Source: Alphaproteobacteria bacterium
Lineage (GTDB): Bacteria; Pseudomonadota; Alphaproteobacteria; Rickettsiales; SXRF01
Assembly (NCBI GenBank): GCA_050249355.1
Contig: JBFWQQ010000001.1
Location: 12,274 to 76,273, forward strand
DNA length: 64,000 nucleotides
Reading direction: 5' to 3'
The stretch's first letter is position 1. Every line of letters starts with the position of its first letter. Both the position numbers and the translations under genes were made by a program. The notes below the pieces were generated by a model. It made no database searches. It had not been told where the DNA came from and saw only the letters and a program-made list of their open reading frames with translations. Below are positions 17,599-28,355 of this stretch, in pieces.

Positions 17599-20490
17599 TT
17601 AGCTAGCTTTCGCTTTCTTGCCGCTGGCCGCTTTCGATAGTGTCAGTGCTTCTTCCACCAGCGCTTTTTGCTCTCTCTCGAATATGCTGTAATAACCTGC
17701 GGCAGGCGAGGCGGCTTCCGGCCGGCCGACATATCTCAGCCGTTCGTTGCGACCCAGCTTCTGCATAACCTCCTCGATACGGAACGCCACAAAGCTCCAT
17801 GCACCGTTATTACGCGTTTCTTCCTGACACCACACGATCTCGGCATTGGGGTACATCTTCATATCAACCTCAAGTGATGCGGCCGGGAAGGGGTAATACT
17901 GCTCCATACGGATAATGGCGATATCGTCGATGCCTTTTTCCTCGCGCGCTTCCACCAGATCATAATAGAGTTTTCCGGTGGTAATTATCAGGCGCTTCAC
18001 CTTGTCGCCTGCCACCAGTTTCTTGTCCTCGGAAATGATCCGCTTGAAGGTGGAGGATGGCCCCATATCCTTCAGGCTGGATACACACAGCTTATGACGC
18101 AGCAACGATTTTGGGGTCATCACGATCAGCGGCTTACGGAATTTTCGGTGCAGCTGGCGGCGCAGTGCATGAAAATAGTTCGCCGGTGTGGTTGGGGTAA
18201 CAACCTGCAGGTTGTTTTCCGCGCATAGCTGCAAATAGCGCTCGAGCCGCGCCGAGCTATGCTCCGGCCCCTGACCTTCCTGCCCATGCGGCAGCAGCAT
18301 GACAAGGCCTGACATGCGCAACCATTTATTTTCGGCACTGGAAATGAACTGGTCGATGATGACCTGCGCACCGTTAGCGAAGTCGCCGAATTGCGCCTCC
18401 CATAGCGTCAAATGGTTCGGGCGACCGGTGGAATAGCCATACTCGAAACCTAATATAGCAAACTCGGAAAGTGAGCTGTCGATCACTTCGTATTCGGCTT
18501 GTTCACCGCCCAGATTGTTCAGCGGCAAATAGCGCTCTTCGGTATCTTGGTCGACCAGCACCGAATGGCGCTGCGAGAATGTGCCGCGCCCCGAATCCTG
18601 ACCGGACAGGCGCACACCGAATCCTTCTTTAAGCAGCGAGCCAAACGCAAGCGCTTCGGCGGTAGCCCAATCGATATCTTTGCCACTTTCCATCATGCTG
18701 GCCTTTGCATCCAGCTGGCGGGCGACCTTGCGGTTGAGGTTGAAGTTATCCGGCTTTCTCGCCAACCCCATGCCCACCTGCTTCAGTGTTTTTTCATCCA
18801 CACCGGTGACGGCTTTTTCAGGATCGTCCCTGCCTTTTTCCATGCCTGACCACACGCCTTCCAGCCAGTCGGCCTTGTTGGGCTTGAAGTTCTTGGCCAG
18901 CTCGTACTGCTTGTCGAAGAATTGTTTGAACTCCTCGAATTTTGCATCGGCCTCTTCCTGGGTGATCACGCCTTCACGCACCAGACGCGCCGAATAAAGT
19001 TCCGCCGGCAGCGGTTTCTCCGCAATGCGCTTGTACATGATCGGCTGTGTGAACATCGGCTCGTCGGCCTCGTTATGACCGTATTTGCGGTAGCAGAAAA
19101 TATCCACCACCACATCGCGCTTGAACTCCTGGCGGAACTCTGCTGCCAGTTTGCACACATATACTACCGCGTCCGGATCGTCACCGTTCACATGGAATAT
19201 CGGCGCCTGTACGGATTTTGCCACATCGGTCGGGTAGGGGGTGAAGCGCGAATATTTCGGGCTGGTGGTAAAACCGATCTGGTTATTCACCACAATATGG
19301 ATGGTGCCGCCAGTGCGGTAGCCGCGAAGCTCCGAAAGCGCCAGCACTTCCGGCACCACACCTTGTCCGGCAAATGCTGCGTCCCCGTGCAGGGTGATGC
19401 CCATGGCTGAGCCTTTGTCTTCCTTGTCGCCCATGATGTCGAGCTTGGCGCGCACTTTACCGGCCACTACCGGGTTCACCGCCTCAAGGTGCGACGGGTT
19501 GGCGAGCAGCGACATATGCACCTTGCCATACGGCGTTTCACGGTCGATCGAGCAACCGAGATGGTATTTCACGTCGCCCGACGAGCTGACCCATTCCGGG
19601 AAATCGAGGTTGCCGTGGAAAATGGAAAGCAGCTCGGCATAAGGCTTGCCCATGACCGTGGTGAGCACGTTCATGCGGCCACGATGCGGCATGCCGAGTA
19701 CGATCTCTTTTACGCCCAACTTGCTGGCGGTGTGGATGATGGCCTCAAGGCCCGGCAGCATGACATCACCGCCCTGAATGGAAAAGCGCTTGGTGCTGGT
19801 GTATTTTCGCTGCAGGAACTGCTCGAACGATTCCACTTCCACCAGCGTGCTCCACGCCGCTTTTTTATCCTCTGTGCTTAGCGATACGTTGCCGCGATCC
19901 TGCTCGAAACGTTTTTGTATCCACGATTTCTGGTCGGGGTGCTGGATATGCATGAACTCCACCCCGATATTGCCGCAGTAGGTCTGCTTCAGGATGGCAA
20001 TGATCTCGCGCAGGGTGGCGCGCTGGATGCCCAGACTGCCATCGAGGAATATTTCCTTATCCATGTCCCCATCAGAAAAGCCGTAGGTGCGGTAATCCAG
20101 TTCAGGGTGGTAATCATTCACTTCGATGCCCAGCGGGTCGAGGTTAGCGATCAAATGGCCGCGCACGCGAAATGCGCGCACCATCATGATGGCGCGGATA
20201 GAGTCGTGCGCCAGTTGCTCAATCTCCTCGCGGTTAACCGGGCCTTTTGCTGCCTTGGTGTCCGGTTTGTTTTCCACCGGCTCTTTCACACCGATCACCT
20301 TGCTGGTGATCTGTGTCCAGCTGGCTTCGCGCTGTGCTTTACCTGCCGATCCGTTGGTTACATCACGAAAATAGCTGCGCCAGCTCTCATCCACATGGCC
20401 GGGATTCTCGAGATAGCGTTCGTATAATTCTTCAATGAATGGAGCGTTGGCGGCGAAAAACGGCGAGGATTGGTCAAATTCTTGTGACAT
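17599..20490 (-). CDS. sucA: 2-oxoglutarate dehydrogenase E1 component
   Basis: 963 aa; full-length SucA pattern (FFAANAPFIEELYERYL, GMPHRGRLNVL-like MPHRGRMNVL, HGDAAFAGQGVV, LLPHGQEGQGPEHSSARLERYLQL). Confidence 0.95.
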   Translation of the reverse strand: MSQEFDQSSPFFAANAPFIEELYERYLENPGHVDESWRSYFRDVTNGSAGKAQREASWTQITSKVIGVKEPVENKPDTKAAKGPVNREEIEQLAHDSIRAIMMVRAFRVRGHLIANLDPLGIEVNDYHPELDYRTYGFSDGDMDKEIFLDGSLGIQRATLREIIAILKQTYCGNIGVEFMHIQHPDQKSWIQKRFEQDRGNVSLSTEDKKAAWSTLVEVESFEQFLQRKYTSTKRFSIQGGDVMLPGLEAIIHTASKLGVKEIVLGMPHRGRMNVLTTVMGKPYAELLSIFHGNLDFPEWVSSSGDVKYHLGCSIDRETPYGKVHMSLLANPSHLEAVNPVVAGKVRAKLDIMGDKEDKGSAMGITLHGDAAFAGQGVVPEVLALSELRGYRTGGTIHIVVNNQIGFTTSPKYSRFTPYPTDVAKSVQAPIFHVNGDDPDAVVYVCKLAAEFRQEFKRDVVVDIFCYRKYGHNEADEPMFTQPIMYKRIAEKPLPAELYSARLVREGVITQEEADAKFEEFKQFFDKQYELAKNFKPNKADWLEGVWSGMEKGRDDPEKAVTGVDEKTLKQVGMGLARKPDNFNLNRKVARQLDAKASMMESGKDIDWATAEALAFGSLLKEGFGVRLSGQDSGRGTFSQRHSVLVDQDTEERYLPLNNLGGEQAEYEVIDSSLSEFAILGFEYGYSTGRPNHLTLWEAQFGDFANGAQVIIDQFISSAENKWLRMSGLVMLLPHGQEGQGPEHSSARLERYLQLCAENNLQVVTPTTPANYFHALRRQLHRKFRKPLIVMTPKSLLRHKLCVSSLKDMGPSSTFKRIISEDKKLVAGDKVKRLIITTGKLYYDLVEAREEKGIDDIAIIRMEQYYPFPAASLEVDMKMYPNAEIVWCQEETRNNGAWSFVAFRIEEVMQKLGRNERLRYVGRPEAASPAAGYYSIFEREQKALVEEALTLSKAASGKKAKAS

Positions 20491-20639
20491 AGCGGTATTT
20501 TAACCTAAATCAGGCATCAAAGGTTGCAAGGGCCGCAGATTATAGCAAGCACGACTGCGGCGTCCAATACTTTATACACAGAAGATTAAGGGAGATTTAA
20601 GAGGGAGAGGTGTTTATAAGCCCTGCCCACATGTGTAGG

Positions 20640-21524
20640 CTATGCCGCTTTTTTCTTCAGTAACTCCACCAGAGTTTCGCCCAGCAGAGCAGGAGAATCG
20701 GACACCATGATGCCGGCGGATTTCATCGCCTCGATCTTGTCTTCGGCACCGCCCGTGCCACCTGATACGATAGCCCCTGCATGACCCATGCGGCGGCCCG
20801 GAGGCGCTGTACGGCCCGCGATAAAGCCCACGACCGGCTTTTTGGCTTTACTGGATTTTAAGAATGCGGCAGCTTCTTCTTCCGCGCTGCCGCCGATCTC
20901 ACCTATCATCACGATAGCATCGGTTTCAGGATCAGCGAGGAACAGTTCCAGCACGTCGATAAAGTTGGTGCCGTTTACAGGATCACCGCCGATGCCCACA
21001 CAGGTGGACTGGCCAAAACCAACAGCGGAGGTTTGGGCTACCGCTTCATAGGTGAGGGTGCCGGAGCGCGACACGATACCGATCTTGCCTTTTTTATGGA
21101 TATGGCCGGGCATAATGCCAATTTTACATTCTTCCGGCGTGATGACGCCGGGGCAGTTCGGGCCGACGAGACGGGTCTTGCTGCCGGAAAGCGCGCGTTT
21201 TACATTTACCATGTCCAGCACCGGAATACCTTCGGTGATGCAGATGACCAGTTCCATTTTGGCATCGATCGCTTCCATTATGGCGTCGGCTGCAAATTTT
21301 GGTGGAACATATATCACCGAAGCATTGGCCTTGGTGATATGCTTGGCTTCGGCCACCGTGTCGAACACTGGCAGGTCGATATGCGCTGTACCGCCCTTGC
21401 CGGGAGTCACGCCGCCCACCATTTTAGTTCCGTAGGCAATCGCCTGCTCGGAGTGATAGGTGCCTTCACGGCCCGTGATACCCTGACAGATAACTTTGGT
21501 GTTTTTGTTGATCAATATCGACAT
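20640..21524 (-). CDS. sucD: succinyl-CoA synthetase subunit alpha
   Basis: 294 aa; [27 protein letters not shown], catalytic His loop RMGHAGAI; AGGAG Shine-Dalgarno 7 nt upstream lies inside the preceding ORF. Confidence 0.95.
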   Translation of the reverse strand: MSILINKNTKVICQGITGREGTYHSEQAIAYGTKMVGGVTPGKGGTAHIDLPVFDTVAEAKHITKANASVIYVPPKFAADAIMEAIDAKMELVICITEGIPVLDMVNVKRALSGSKTRLVGPNCPGVITPEECKIGIMPGHIHKKGKIGIVSRSGTLTYEAVAQTSAVGFGQSTCVGIGGDPVNGTNFIDVLELFLADPETDAIVMIGEIGGSAEEEAAAFLKSSKAKKPVVGFIAGRTAPPGRRMGHAGAIVSGGTGGAEDKIEAMKSAGIMVSDSPALLGETLVELLKKKAA

Positions 21525-21527
21525 AAT

Positions 21528-22058
21528 TTATCTCCTATGCTCGCTGTCAAGAACAGCCTGTTGCAGTTTGGTATGCTCGGGTTTGGTCAGAACGATCTCG
21601 TGGGTTGATTTGGGGCTTGCAATAGCCGCCCGCAATGCTGCGGCTTTGGATTTATCTGGTAGCCTGCTTAGCAAGCTGAACATTGGCCATGCTGTGGCCA
21701 ATGTCGCATCATCTTTTTGTAATAGCCTGGCCCTTTCATCGCCTACTGCATACACGGCACTTCCAGTATCGGATACTGTTCCCCTGAACTCCTGCTGCAG
21801 ATCAGCAGACAAAATAAGATCCATGTGCCGTAGCGCCGCTCTACTTAGGGTTTTTACATACTTATCACCCTCCGGAGCAAACCCCCGCAGTGCATCGCGC
21901 TCGCGTTGTAACAGAAGAGCTTCTCCCATACCGCTGGTGTATGCAAGGGGATCATCTGCGTCTCTACGAAACCGCGAGCTTAAACCATGGCGGCGTGCCG
22001 AGCGGGCTTTTGCTTCCCGCTCGTCCGGCGTCATATCCTGTCGTCTTTTATCTGCCAT
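21528..22058 (-). CDS. hypothetical protein inserted between sucC and sucD
   Basis: 176-aa ORF filling the 540-bp sucC-sucD gap (starts 6 nt after sucC TGA, stops 3 nt before sucD ATG); basic N-terminus (KRRQDMTPDEREAKARSARRH); no motif recognised. Confidence 0.55.
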   Translation of the reverse strand: MADKRRQDMTPDEREAKARSARRHGLSSRFRRDADDPLAYTSGMGEALLLQRERDALRGFAPEGDKYVKTLSRAALRHMDLILSADLQQEFRGTVSDTGSAVYAVGDERARLLQKDDATLATAWPMFSLLSRLPDKSKAAALRAAIASPKSTHEIVLTKPEHTKLQQAVLDSEHRR

Positions 22059-22064
22059 TTAAAT

Positions 22065-23237
22065 TCAGGCCGCTTCATTTTCTACTGCGCCGACAATTTT
22101 TTCTGCCGCATCGCCGAGGTCATCGGCGGCGGTGATAGCCAGACCGGAAGATGCCAGCATCTTCTTGCCCAACTCCACGTTGGTACCCTCCAGGCGTACC
22201 ACCAGCGGAATATTCAGGTTCACCTCGCGCGCGGCGGTGATGATACCTTCTGCGATAATGTCGCAGCGCATGATGCCACCGAAAATATTCACCAGAATGC
22301 CTTCCACATTCTCATCCGAGAGGATAAGCTTGAACGCTTCGGTCACTTTTTCGCGGTTCGCGCCGCCGCCTACGTCAAGGAAATTGGCTGGCGATCCGCC
22401 CTTGAGTTTAATGATGTCCATGGTTGCCATGGCAAGGCCGGCGCCGTTTACCATACAGCCGATGCTACCGTCCATCTTGATGTAGGACAGGCCGAAACCG
22501 GCGGCTTTCTGTTCCAGCGGGTCTTCTTCGTCCGGGTCACGCAGCTCGCCGATATCGGGGTGGCGGAACAATGCATTTTCATCGAAGTTGAATTTAGCAT
22601 CCAGCGCCACCAAGTGACTATCCTCGGTGATCACCAGCGGGTTGATCTCCAGCTGCGATGCATCGGTTTCATTGAACGCCTGCCACAGACCCTGAATGAA
22701 TTTGGCAAACTCGCCATGCATGGTTTTGGGGATCTGCAGGCCGAACGCCAGCTTGCGTATATGGAAATCCTGTAGGCCGGTGGCCGGATCCACGCTTTGC
22801 TTGATGATCTTTTCGGGTTCTTTTTCCGCCACCTCTTCGATCTCCACGCCGCCTTCGCGAGACGCCACGAATGTCACGCGCGAGGTCGCACGGTCTACCA
22901 ACATGCTGAGGTAAAGCTCTTTGTCGATCGACGTGCCTTCTTCAACATAAATGCGCTTTACCAGCTTGCCTTCCGGCCCGGTCTGGTGGGTCACCAGCGT
23001 CATGCCCAGCATGTTTTTGGCCAGCGTTTCCACTTCATCGAGCGACTTTGCCAGCTTCACACCGCCGCCTTTGCCACGGCCGCCAGCATGGATCTGCGCT
23101 TTTACCACCCATAATTTTCCGCCCAGCCCTTGTGCCGCTTGCACCGCCTCTTGCGGTTTGTAGGCCACCTGGCCGCGTGGCACGGCCACACCATATTTCG
23201 CTAAAATCTGTTTGGCTTGGTACTCATGTATATTCAT
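22065..23237 (-). CDS. sucC: succinyl-CoA synthetase subunit beta
   Basis: 390 aa; [15 protein letters not shown]-grasp, [25 protein letters not shown]. Confidence 0.95.
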   Translation of the reverse strand: MNIHEYQAKQILAKYGVAVPRGQVAYKPQEAVQAAQGLGGKLWVVKAQIHAGGRGKGGGVKLAKSLDEVETLAKNMLGMTLVTHQTGPEGKLVKRIYVEEGTSIDKELYLSMLVDRATSRVTFVASREGGVEIEEVAEKEPEKIIKQSVDPATGLQDFHIRKLAFGLQIPKTMHGEFAKFIQGLWQAFNETDASQLEINPLVITEDSHLVALDAKFNFDENALFRHPDIGELRDPDEEDPLEQKAAGFGLSYIKMDGSIGCMVNGAGLAMATMDIIKLKGGSPANFLDVGGGANREKVTEAFKLILSDENVEGILVNIFGGIMRCDIIAEGIITAAREVNLNIPLVVRLEGTNVELGKKMLASSGLAITAADDLGDAAEKIVGAVENEAA

Positions 23238-23256
23238 GAATTTCTCCTATGTTTTC

Positions 23257-24234
<978 letters not shown>

Positions 24235-24310
24235 TCATGGGAATGAACCGCTAGCGTCCTTTTAGGCGCTGCGAAAAGGTTTTGCAACCGCAGAGTTGAC
24301 CCGTGCCACC

Positions 24311-25573
24311 TTAGGCTTTGTTCATCTTGTCGAAGAACTCGGAATTGCTCTTGGTCTCACCCAATTTTTCCAGCAGGAATTCGATGCCGTCCATCGGCCC
24401 CATCGGTGCAAGAATCTTGCGCATCACCCACATTTTGGTGAGGGTGGCTTTATCCACCAACAGGTCTTCCTTGCGGGTGCCGGACTTGGTGATATCCATC
24501 GCCGGGAAGGTACGTTTATCGGCCAGCTTGCGATCAAGCACGATCTCGGAGTTGCCGGTGCCCTTGAACTCTTCGAAGATCACCTCGTCCATGCGGCTGC
24601 CGGTTTCGATCAGCGCGGTGGCGATGATGGTGAGCGAACCGCCATGTTCGATGTTACGCGCCGCACCGAAGAAACGTTTCGGGCGTTGCAATGCGTTCGC
24701 GTCGACACCACCGGTCAGCACTTTACCGGACGACGGTACAACCGTGTTGTAGGCGCGGGCGAGGCGGGTAATGGAGTCGAGCAGGATCACTACATCTTTT
24801 TTATGCTCCACCAGTTTCTTGGCCTTTTCTATCACCATTTCGGCCAGCGCCACGTGGCGGGTTGCCGGTTCGTCGAAGGTAGACGATACCACTTCGCCTT
24901 TAACCGTGCGCTGCATGTCGGTCACCTCTTCGGGGCGCTCATCGATCAGCAGTACGATCAGGAATGCATCGGGATGGTTGGCGGTGATGGAGTGCGCAAT
25001 ATTCTGCAAATATACCGTTTTACCGGTGCGGGGCGGCGCCACGACCAGCGCGCGCTGGCCAAAGCCCAGCGGCACCACGATGTCGGCCACACGCATGGAC
25101 ATATCTTTTTTGTCCGGGCGGTTTTCGATCTCGAGCTTGATACGACGTTCAGGATAGAGAGGGGTCAGGTTGTCGAAATTGATGCGATGACGCACTTGTT
25201 CGGGCGCATCGAAGTTGATGGTGTTGACCTTGATCAGGGCAAAATAACGCTCGCCGTCTTTGGGCGCACGAATTTCGCCATCCACTGTGTCGCCGGTGCG
25301 CAAACCGAAGCGGCGGATCTGGGCCGGGGCCACATAAATATCGTCGGGGCCCGGCAGGTAGTTAGCCTGTGGCGAGCGCAGGAAGCCAAAACCATCCTGT
25401 AGCACCTCGATCACGCCGTCGCCAGTAATTGGTTCTCCGTTCTCCGCCTGCTTCTTCAGGATGGCAAATATCATTTCCTGCTTGAGCAGGGTGCTGGCGT
25501 TTTCTACCCCGGCGTCTTCGGCCAGTTGCAGCAATTCATCGGCTGATTTCAGCTTAAGTTCTTGGATTTTCAT
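24311..25573 (-). CDS. rho: transcription termination factor Rho
   Basis: 420 aa; N-terminal RNA-binding (GFGFLR), Walker [20 protein letters not shown]-terminal LEKL..T.SN.EF. Confidence 0.95.
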   Translation of the reverse strand: MKIQELKLKSADELLQLAEDAGVENASTLLKQEMIFAILKKQAENGEPITGDGVIEVLQDGFGFLRSPQANYLPGPDDIYVAPAQIRRFGLRTGDTVDGEIRAPKDGERYFALIKVNTINFDAPEQVRHRINFDNLTPLYPERRIKLEIENRPDKKDMSMRVADIVVPLGFGQRALVVAPPRTGKTVYLQNIAHSITANHPDAFLIVLLIDERPEEVTDMQRTVKGEVVSSTFDEPATRHVALAEMVIEKAKKLVEHKKDVVILLDSITRLARAYNTVVPSSGKVLTGGVDANALQRPKRFFGAARNIEHGGSLTIIATALIETGSRMDEVIFEEFKGTGNSEIVLDRKLADKRTFPAMDITKSGTRKEDLLVDKATLTKMWVMRKILAPMGPMDGIEFLLEKLGETKSNSEFFDKMNKA

Positions 25574-25714
25574 ATAGCACTATGAGTTTGGAAGTGGATG
25601 GATGATCGATTTTAAGGGCAGGGGATTCGCCGTGAGTCGGCAAAAATCAGGTTAGGGCGATATCATATGCCAGTTATCCCGACGGGTCAATGGTTTTTTG
25701 TTCATTACAGGCGC

Positions 25715-26056
25715 TTACCGGGGGCTCTCGTCCAATGCCGCACGCATTATTTCGCCAGCATCGAATGCCAGATCTGGCCTTTTGTGCTTTATTTCCTGCA
25801 GGATTTCCGGCGGGGGGGCCGCACCTTCGCCCGATGCGAGTATCTCACGGGCATACGCACAAAGATCATAACCGCCTCGCGCCTGCGCCGCAAGAAATGC
25901 CGGATAATCCACCGGCGACAGGGTGGCGTAAGCCCAATGGTCCGCCCCCTGTATTTTGCCCTGCACCAGTATCAGTATGCTGGTATGCTGGGCCAGTTCA
26001 TCTGCCAATTCCGACATCACCTGGTCTAATATGGTCTGTTCTACCTGATGCTGCAT
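25715..26056 (-). CDS. hypothetical protein
   Basis: 113-aa ORF 3 nt downstream of the 259-aa ORF on the same strand; acidic, no TM; no motif recognised. Confidence 0.45.
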   Translation of the reverse strand: MQHQVEQTILDQVMSELADELAQHTSILILVQGKIQGADHWAYATLSPVDYPAFLAAQARGGYDLCAYAREILASGEGAAPPPEILQEIKHKRPDLAFDAGEIMRAALDESPR

Positions 26057-26059
26057 ATG

Positions 26060-26839
26060 CTACTTACTCTGCCCGAACGATTCGGGGCGCTGGCGCAGCG
26101 CCTTGGCGCGCGGTTTGAAATTCTCGTCACGCATTTCGCGCAGTATGAAATTCGATGTTCCAAGACAGATGCCCGAGAGAGCGCGTGCCATATCCTTGTT
26201 TGACAACCCATCAAACAATACCAGCAGCGCACTGAGCTGCAACATGTCCGATGCTAGTTTTTTCGGATTGGCCGCATAATCATGCTTTACCTTATCCGCA
26301 TGCTTTCCCCTTTCGCGGGTGGCATACCCTTCCGTTTTATGGCTGGTGGGGCTGTTGTCAAACACCAGAGGGCCGGCTCTTTCCAATCGTTCCGGCATAA
26401 CTGCGCCATAACCCGTCCATGCCAGAGTCCACAGCCCCGCCATCGTTTCAGTCGTACGTTTTTTCATGACGCCAGATGCTACCAAGCATGCCGCTGATGC
26501 CGCAAGTATCCCATAATAGGTGCGCCCTACATAAGCGGGGCGCAGACGGTCAACAAAGCCTGCTTTCGCGTCATTCGCCGCTTTGCCCGATTCCGCTTCC
26601 CCGAAAGTGGCCAAAAACGCCGCCCCTAGCACACCAAGTCCCCCGGTAGCCGCCCGCAGGGGGCTTGGTTTTGTGCCCACTCCCATGCCGGAAACAATCA
26701 CCAGACCGTGCGATAACATGCGTATCGTGCCTGCCACCCGATACTGGTTGGCCTGCCACCATTCATTTTTTGCTGTAACCGCAACCGGTTGTGCCTCCGA
26801 TGCATCAAAAAGAAGCGGGGTGTATCTATCCCTAGACAT
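26060..26839 (-). CDS. hypothetical integral membrane protein
   Basis: 259-aa ORF with about 4 Gly/Ala-rich hydrophobic helices (GLVIVSGMGVG, GGLGVLGAAFLATFG, YYGILAASAACLVASGV, MAGLWTLAWTGYGAV) and a basic C-terminal tail; no family recognised. Confidence 0.5.
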   Translation of the reverse strand: MSRDRYTPLLFDASEAQPVAVTAKNEWWQANQYRVAGTIRMLSHGLVIVSGMGVGTKPSPLRAATGGLGVLGAAFLATFGEAESGKAANDAKAGFVDRLRPAYVGRTYYGILAASAACLVASGVMKKRTTETMAGLWTLAWTGYGAVMPERLERAGPLVFDNSPTSHKTEGYATRERGKHADKVKHDYAANPKKLASDMLQLSALLVLFDGLSNKDMARALSGICLGTSNFILREMRDENFKPRAKALRQRPESFGQSK

Positions 26840-26880
26840 GTGGAAAATGTTAACAATTTTGTTAACTTTTCACAAGCGCT

Positions 26881-27324
26881 TTATAGGGGCTTCACTACTG
26901 CCAATACCACAATACCCACCATCAGAACTGCTGGTATTTCATTGAATATCCTGAAGAATCTTTCTGATTTTTGCCGTTCGTCGCGATAAAAGGCCTTGCG
27001 GTAACGGCTCATCATGGCATGGCTGACCTGCATGCCGACCAGCAACGTAAACTTGTAATGGAACCACAGGCCATTCACCGGGTCGAACGCGTTGATGTAC
27101 CACGCCATCCATAGGCCCGCCAGCCATGCCACTATCATCGCCGGGTTGATGATTAGCCGCATCAGCTTGCGCTCCATCACCTTGAACAGTTCCGAGGCTT
27201 CACTGCCGGGCGCCGTCCTCGAATGGTACACAAACAGGCGCGGCAAGTAGAGCATCCCGGCCATCCAGGATAAAACGGCAATGATGTGTAACGCTTTAAC
27301 CCAGTGGTATAGGCTATCTATCAT
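26881..27324 (-). CDS. hemJ: protoporphyrinogen IX oxidase HemJ
   Basis: 147 aa; WVKALHIIAVLSWMAGMLYLPRLFVYH signature of the HemJ (UPF0093) family; ATGA overlap with hemH stop. Confidence 0.85.
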   Translation of the reverse strand: MIDSLYHWVKALHIIAVLSWMAGMLYLPRLFVYHSRTAPGSEASELFKVMERKLMRLIINPAMIVAWLAGLWMAWYINAFDPVNGLWFHYKFTLLVGMQVSHAMMSRYRKAFYRDERQKSERFFRIFNEIPAVLMVGIVVLAVVKPL

Positions 27325-28355
27325 GCGGCAATTTTTTCCTGCTCCAGGTACTCACACTGGCCATGTTCCCGGCAATATCCGCAATGTTCTTTTTTACGGG
27401 TTTCCTTTTTGGTGCAAAGTTCCGCCAACGCCTGGATATAATACGGATCGGTGCCCAGCGCCGGTACGCGCCAGTAATTCGGCACCCCATGCTCTTGGGC
27501 CAGTTCGCGGTATTCCACATCCAGTTCCACCAGTGTCTCCGAATGCTCCGATACGAACGCCACTGGCACTACAAGCACCGATACGCCTTCTTTTCCGGCT
27601 TTCTCTATCTCTTCTTCCGTGGAAGGACCGATCCATTTTTTCGGCCCTACTTTGCTCTGGTAACAGATGCGGTGATCTATGCCGTCTATCGACAACACCT
27701 GCACGATCAATTCCACCGTTTTTTCCACTTGCTGCTGGTAAGGATCGCCCTGTCTTATAATGCTTTCGGGCAGGCCGTGTGCAGAAAACAACACGCGTGG
27801 CTTGCTTTCTTCTGCTGCGCGCCAGTAGGTGTCCTTGATGTTGTTCACATGCGCCGCAATAAAACCGAAATCGTCATAGTAGCAGCATATTTTGGAAGTC
27901 GGCACGTCCAGTCCACATTTTCGCGCTGCCCTTTCCCAGTCGCGTATAGACGACTCGGTAGTGGTAGTTGAATATTGCGGATAGAGCGGCAGCAGGATCA
28001 CTTCGTCCGGGCTATATGCTTTCACATTCCTGACTACACTATCGCTGCGCGGATCCCAGTAGCGCATGCATACGAATGTTTTATATTCGTCTTCTTCGGC
28101 GGCCAGTTGCTTTTCCAGTGCCGTTGCCTGTGCTATGGTCTGATCGAGTATAGGGGACTTTCCCCCCATTTGCTGGTAAATCCCTTTGGCTTTGCGTGTG
28201 CGCAAAGTGGTTATCAGCATCGCCAGCAGCCACCGCAATGGCTGGGCCAACCGTATGATCGCAGGGTCATTGAACAAATTGAACAGGAACGGGCGAACCG
28301 ATTTCAGATCGTCGGGGCCTCCCAGATTGAATAATATGACTGCTTTTTTGCTCAT
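27321..28355 (-). CDS. hemH: ferrochelatase with C-terminal Cys-rich extension
   Basis: KKAVILFNLGGPD, LLPLYPQYSTTT, FSAHGLPE, VAFVSEHSETL; start at ATG 28355 shares one nt with hemE stop (TAATG); tail HCGYCREHGQCEY. Confidence 0.9.
   Translation of the reverse strand: MSKKAVILFNLGGPDDLKSVRPFLFNLFNDPAIIRLAQPLRWLLAMLITTLRTRKAKGIYQQMGGKSPILDQTIAQATALEKQLAAEEDEYKTFVCMRYWDPRSDSVVRNVKAYSPDEVILLPLYPQYSTTTTESSIRDWERAARKCGLDVPTSKICCYYDDFGFIAAHVNNIKDTYWRAAEESKPRVLFSAHGLPESIIRQGDPYQQQVEKTVELIVQVLSIDGIDHRICYQSKVGPKKWIGPSTEEEIEKAGKEGVSVLVVPVAFVSEHSETLVELDVEYRELAQEHGVPNYWRVPALGTDPYYIQALAELCTKKETRKKEHCGYCREHGQCEYLEQEKIAA

Noticed and set aside
20532-20561. hairpin GCCGCAG-N16-CTGCGGC in the sucD-sucA spacer as an internal terminator or attenuator
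   Set aside because: The stem is 7 bp with a 16-nt loop and no U tract on the transcribed strand, which is not convincing.
21496-22062. 188-aa + strand ORF spanning the sucC-sucD gap
   Set aside because: It is on the opposite strand to the whole operon and its Ser/Arg/Cys-rich composition looks non-protein-like. The - strand ORF fits the junctions (start 6 nt after the sucC stop, stop 3 nt before the sucD start), so I called that one, with moderate confidence only.
24296-25402. 368-aa ORF on the + strand opposite rho
   Set aside because: It lies entirely antisense to a full-length, motif-complete rho. Its composition (Gly/His/Arg/Phe-rich, no motifs) is typical of shadow ORFs in GC-biased coding DNA.
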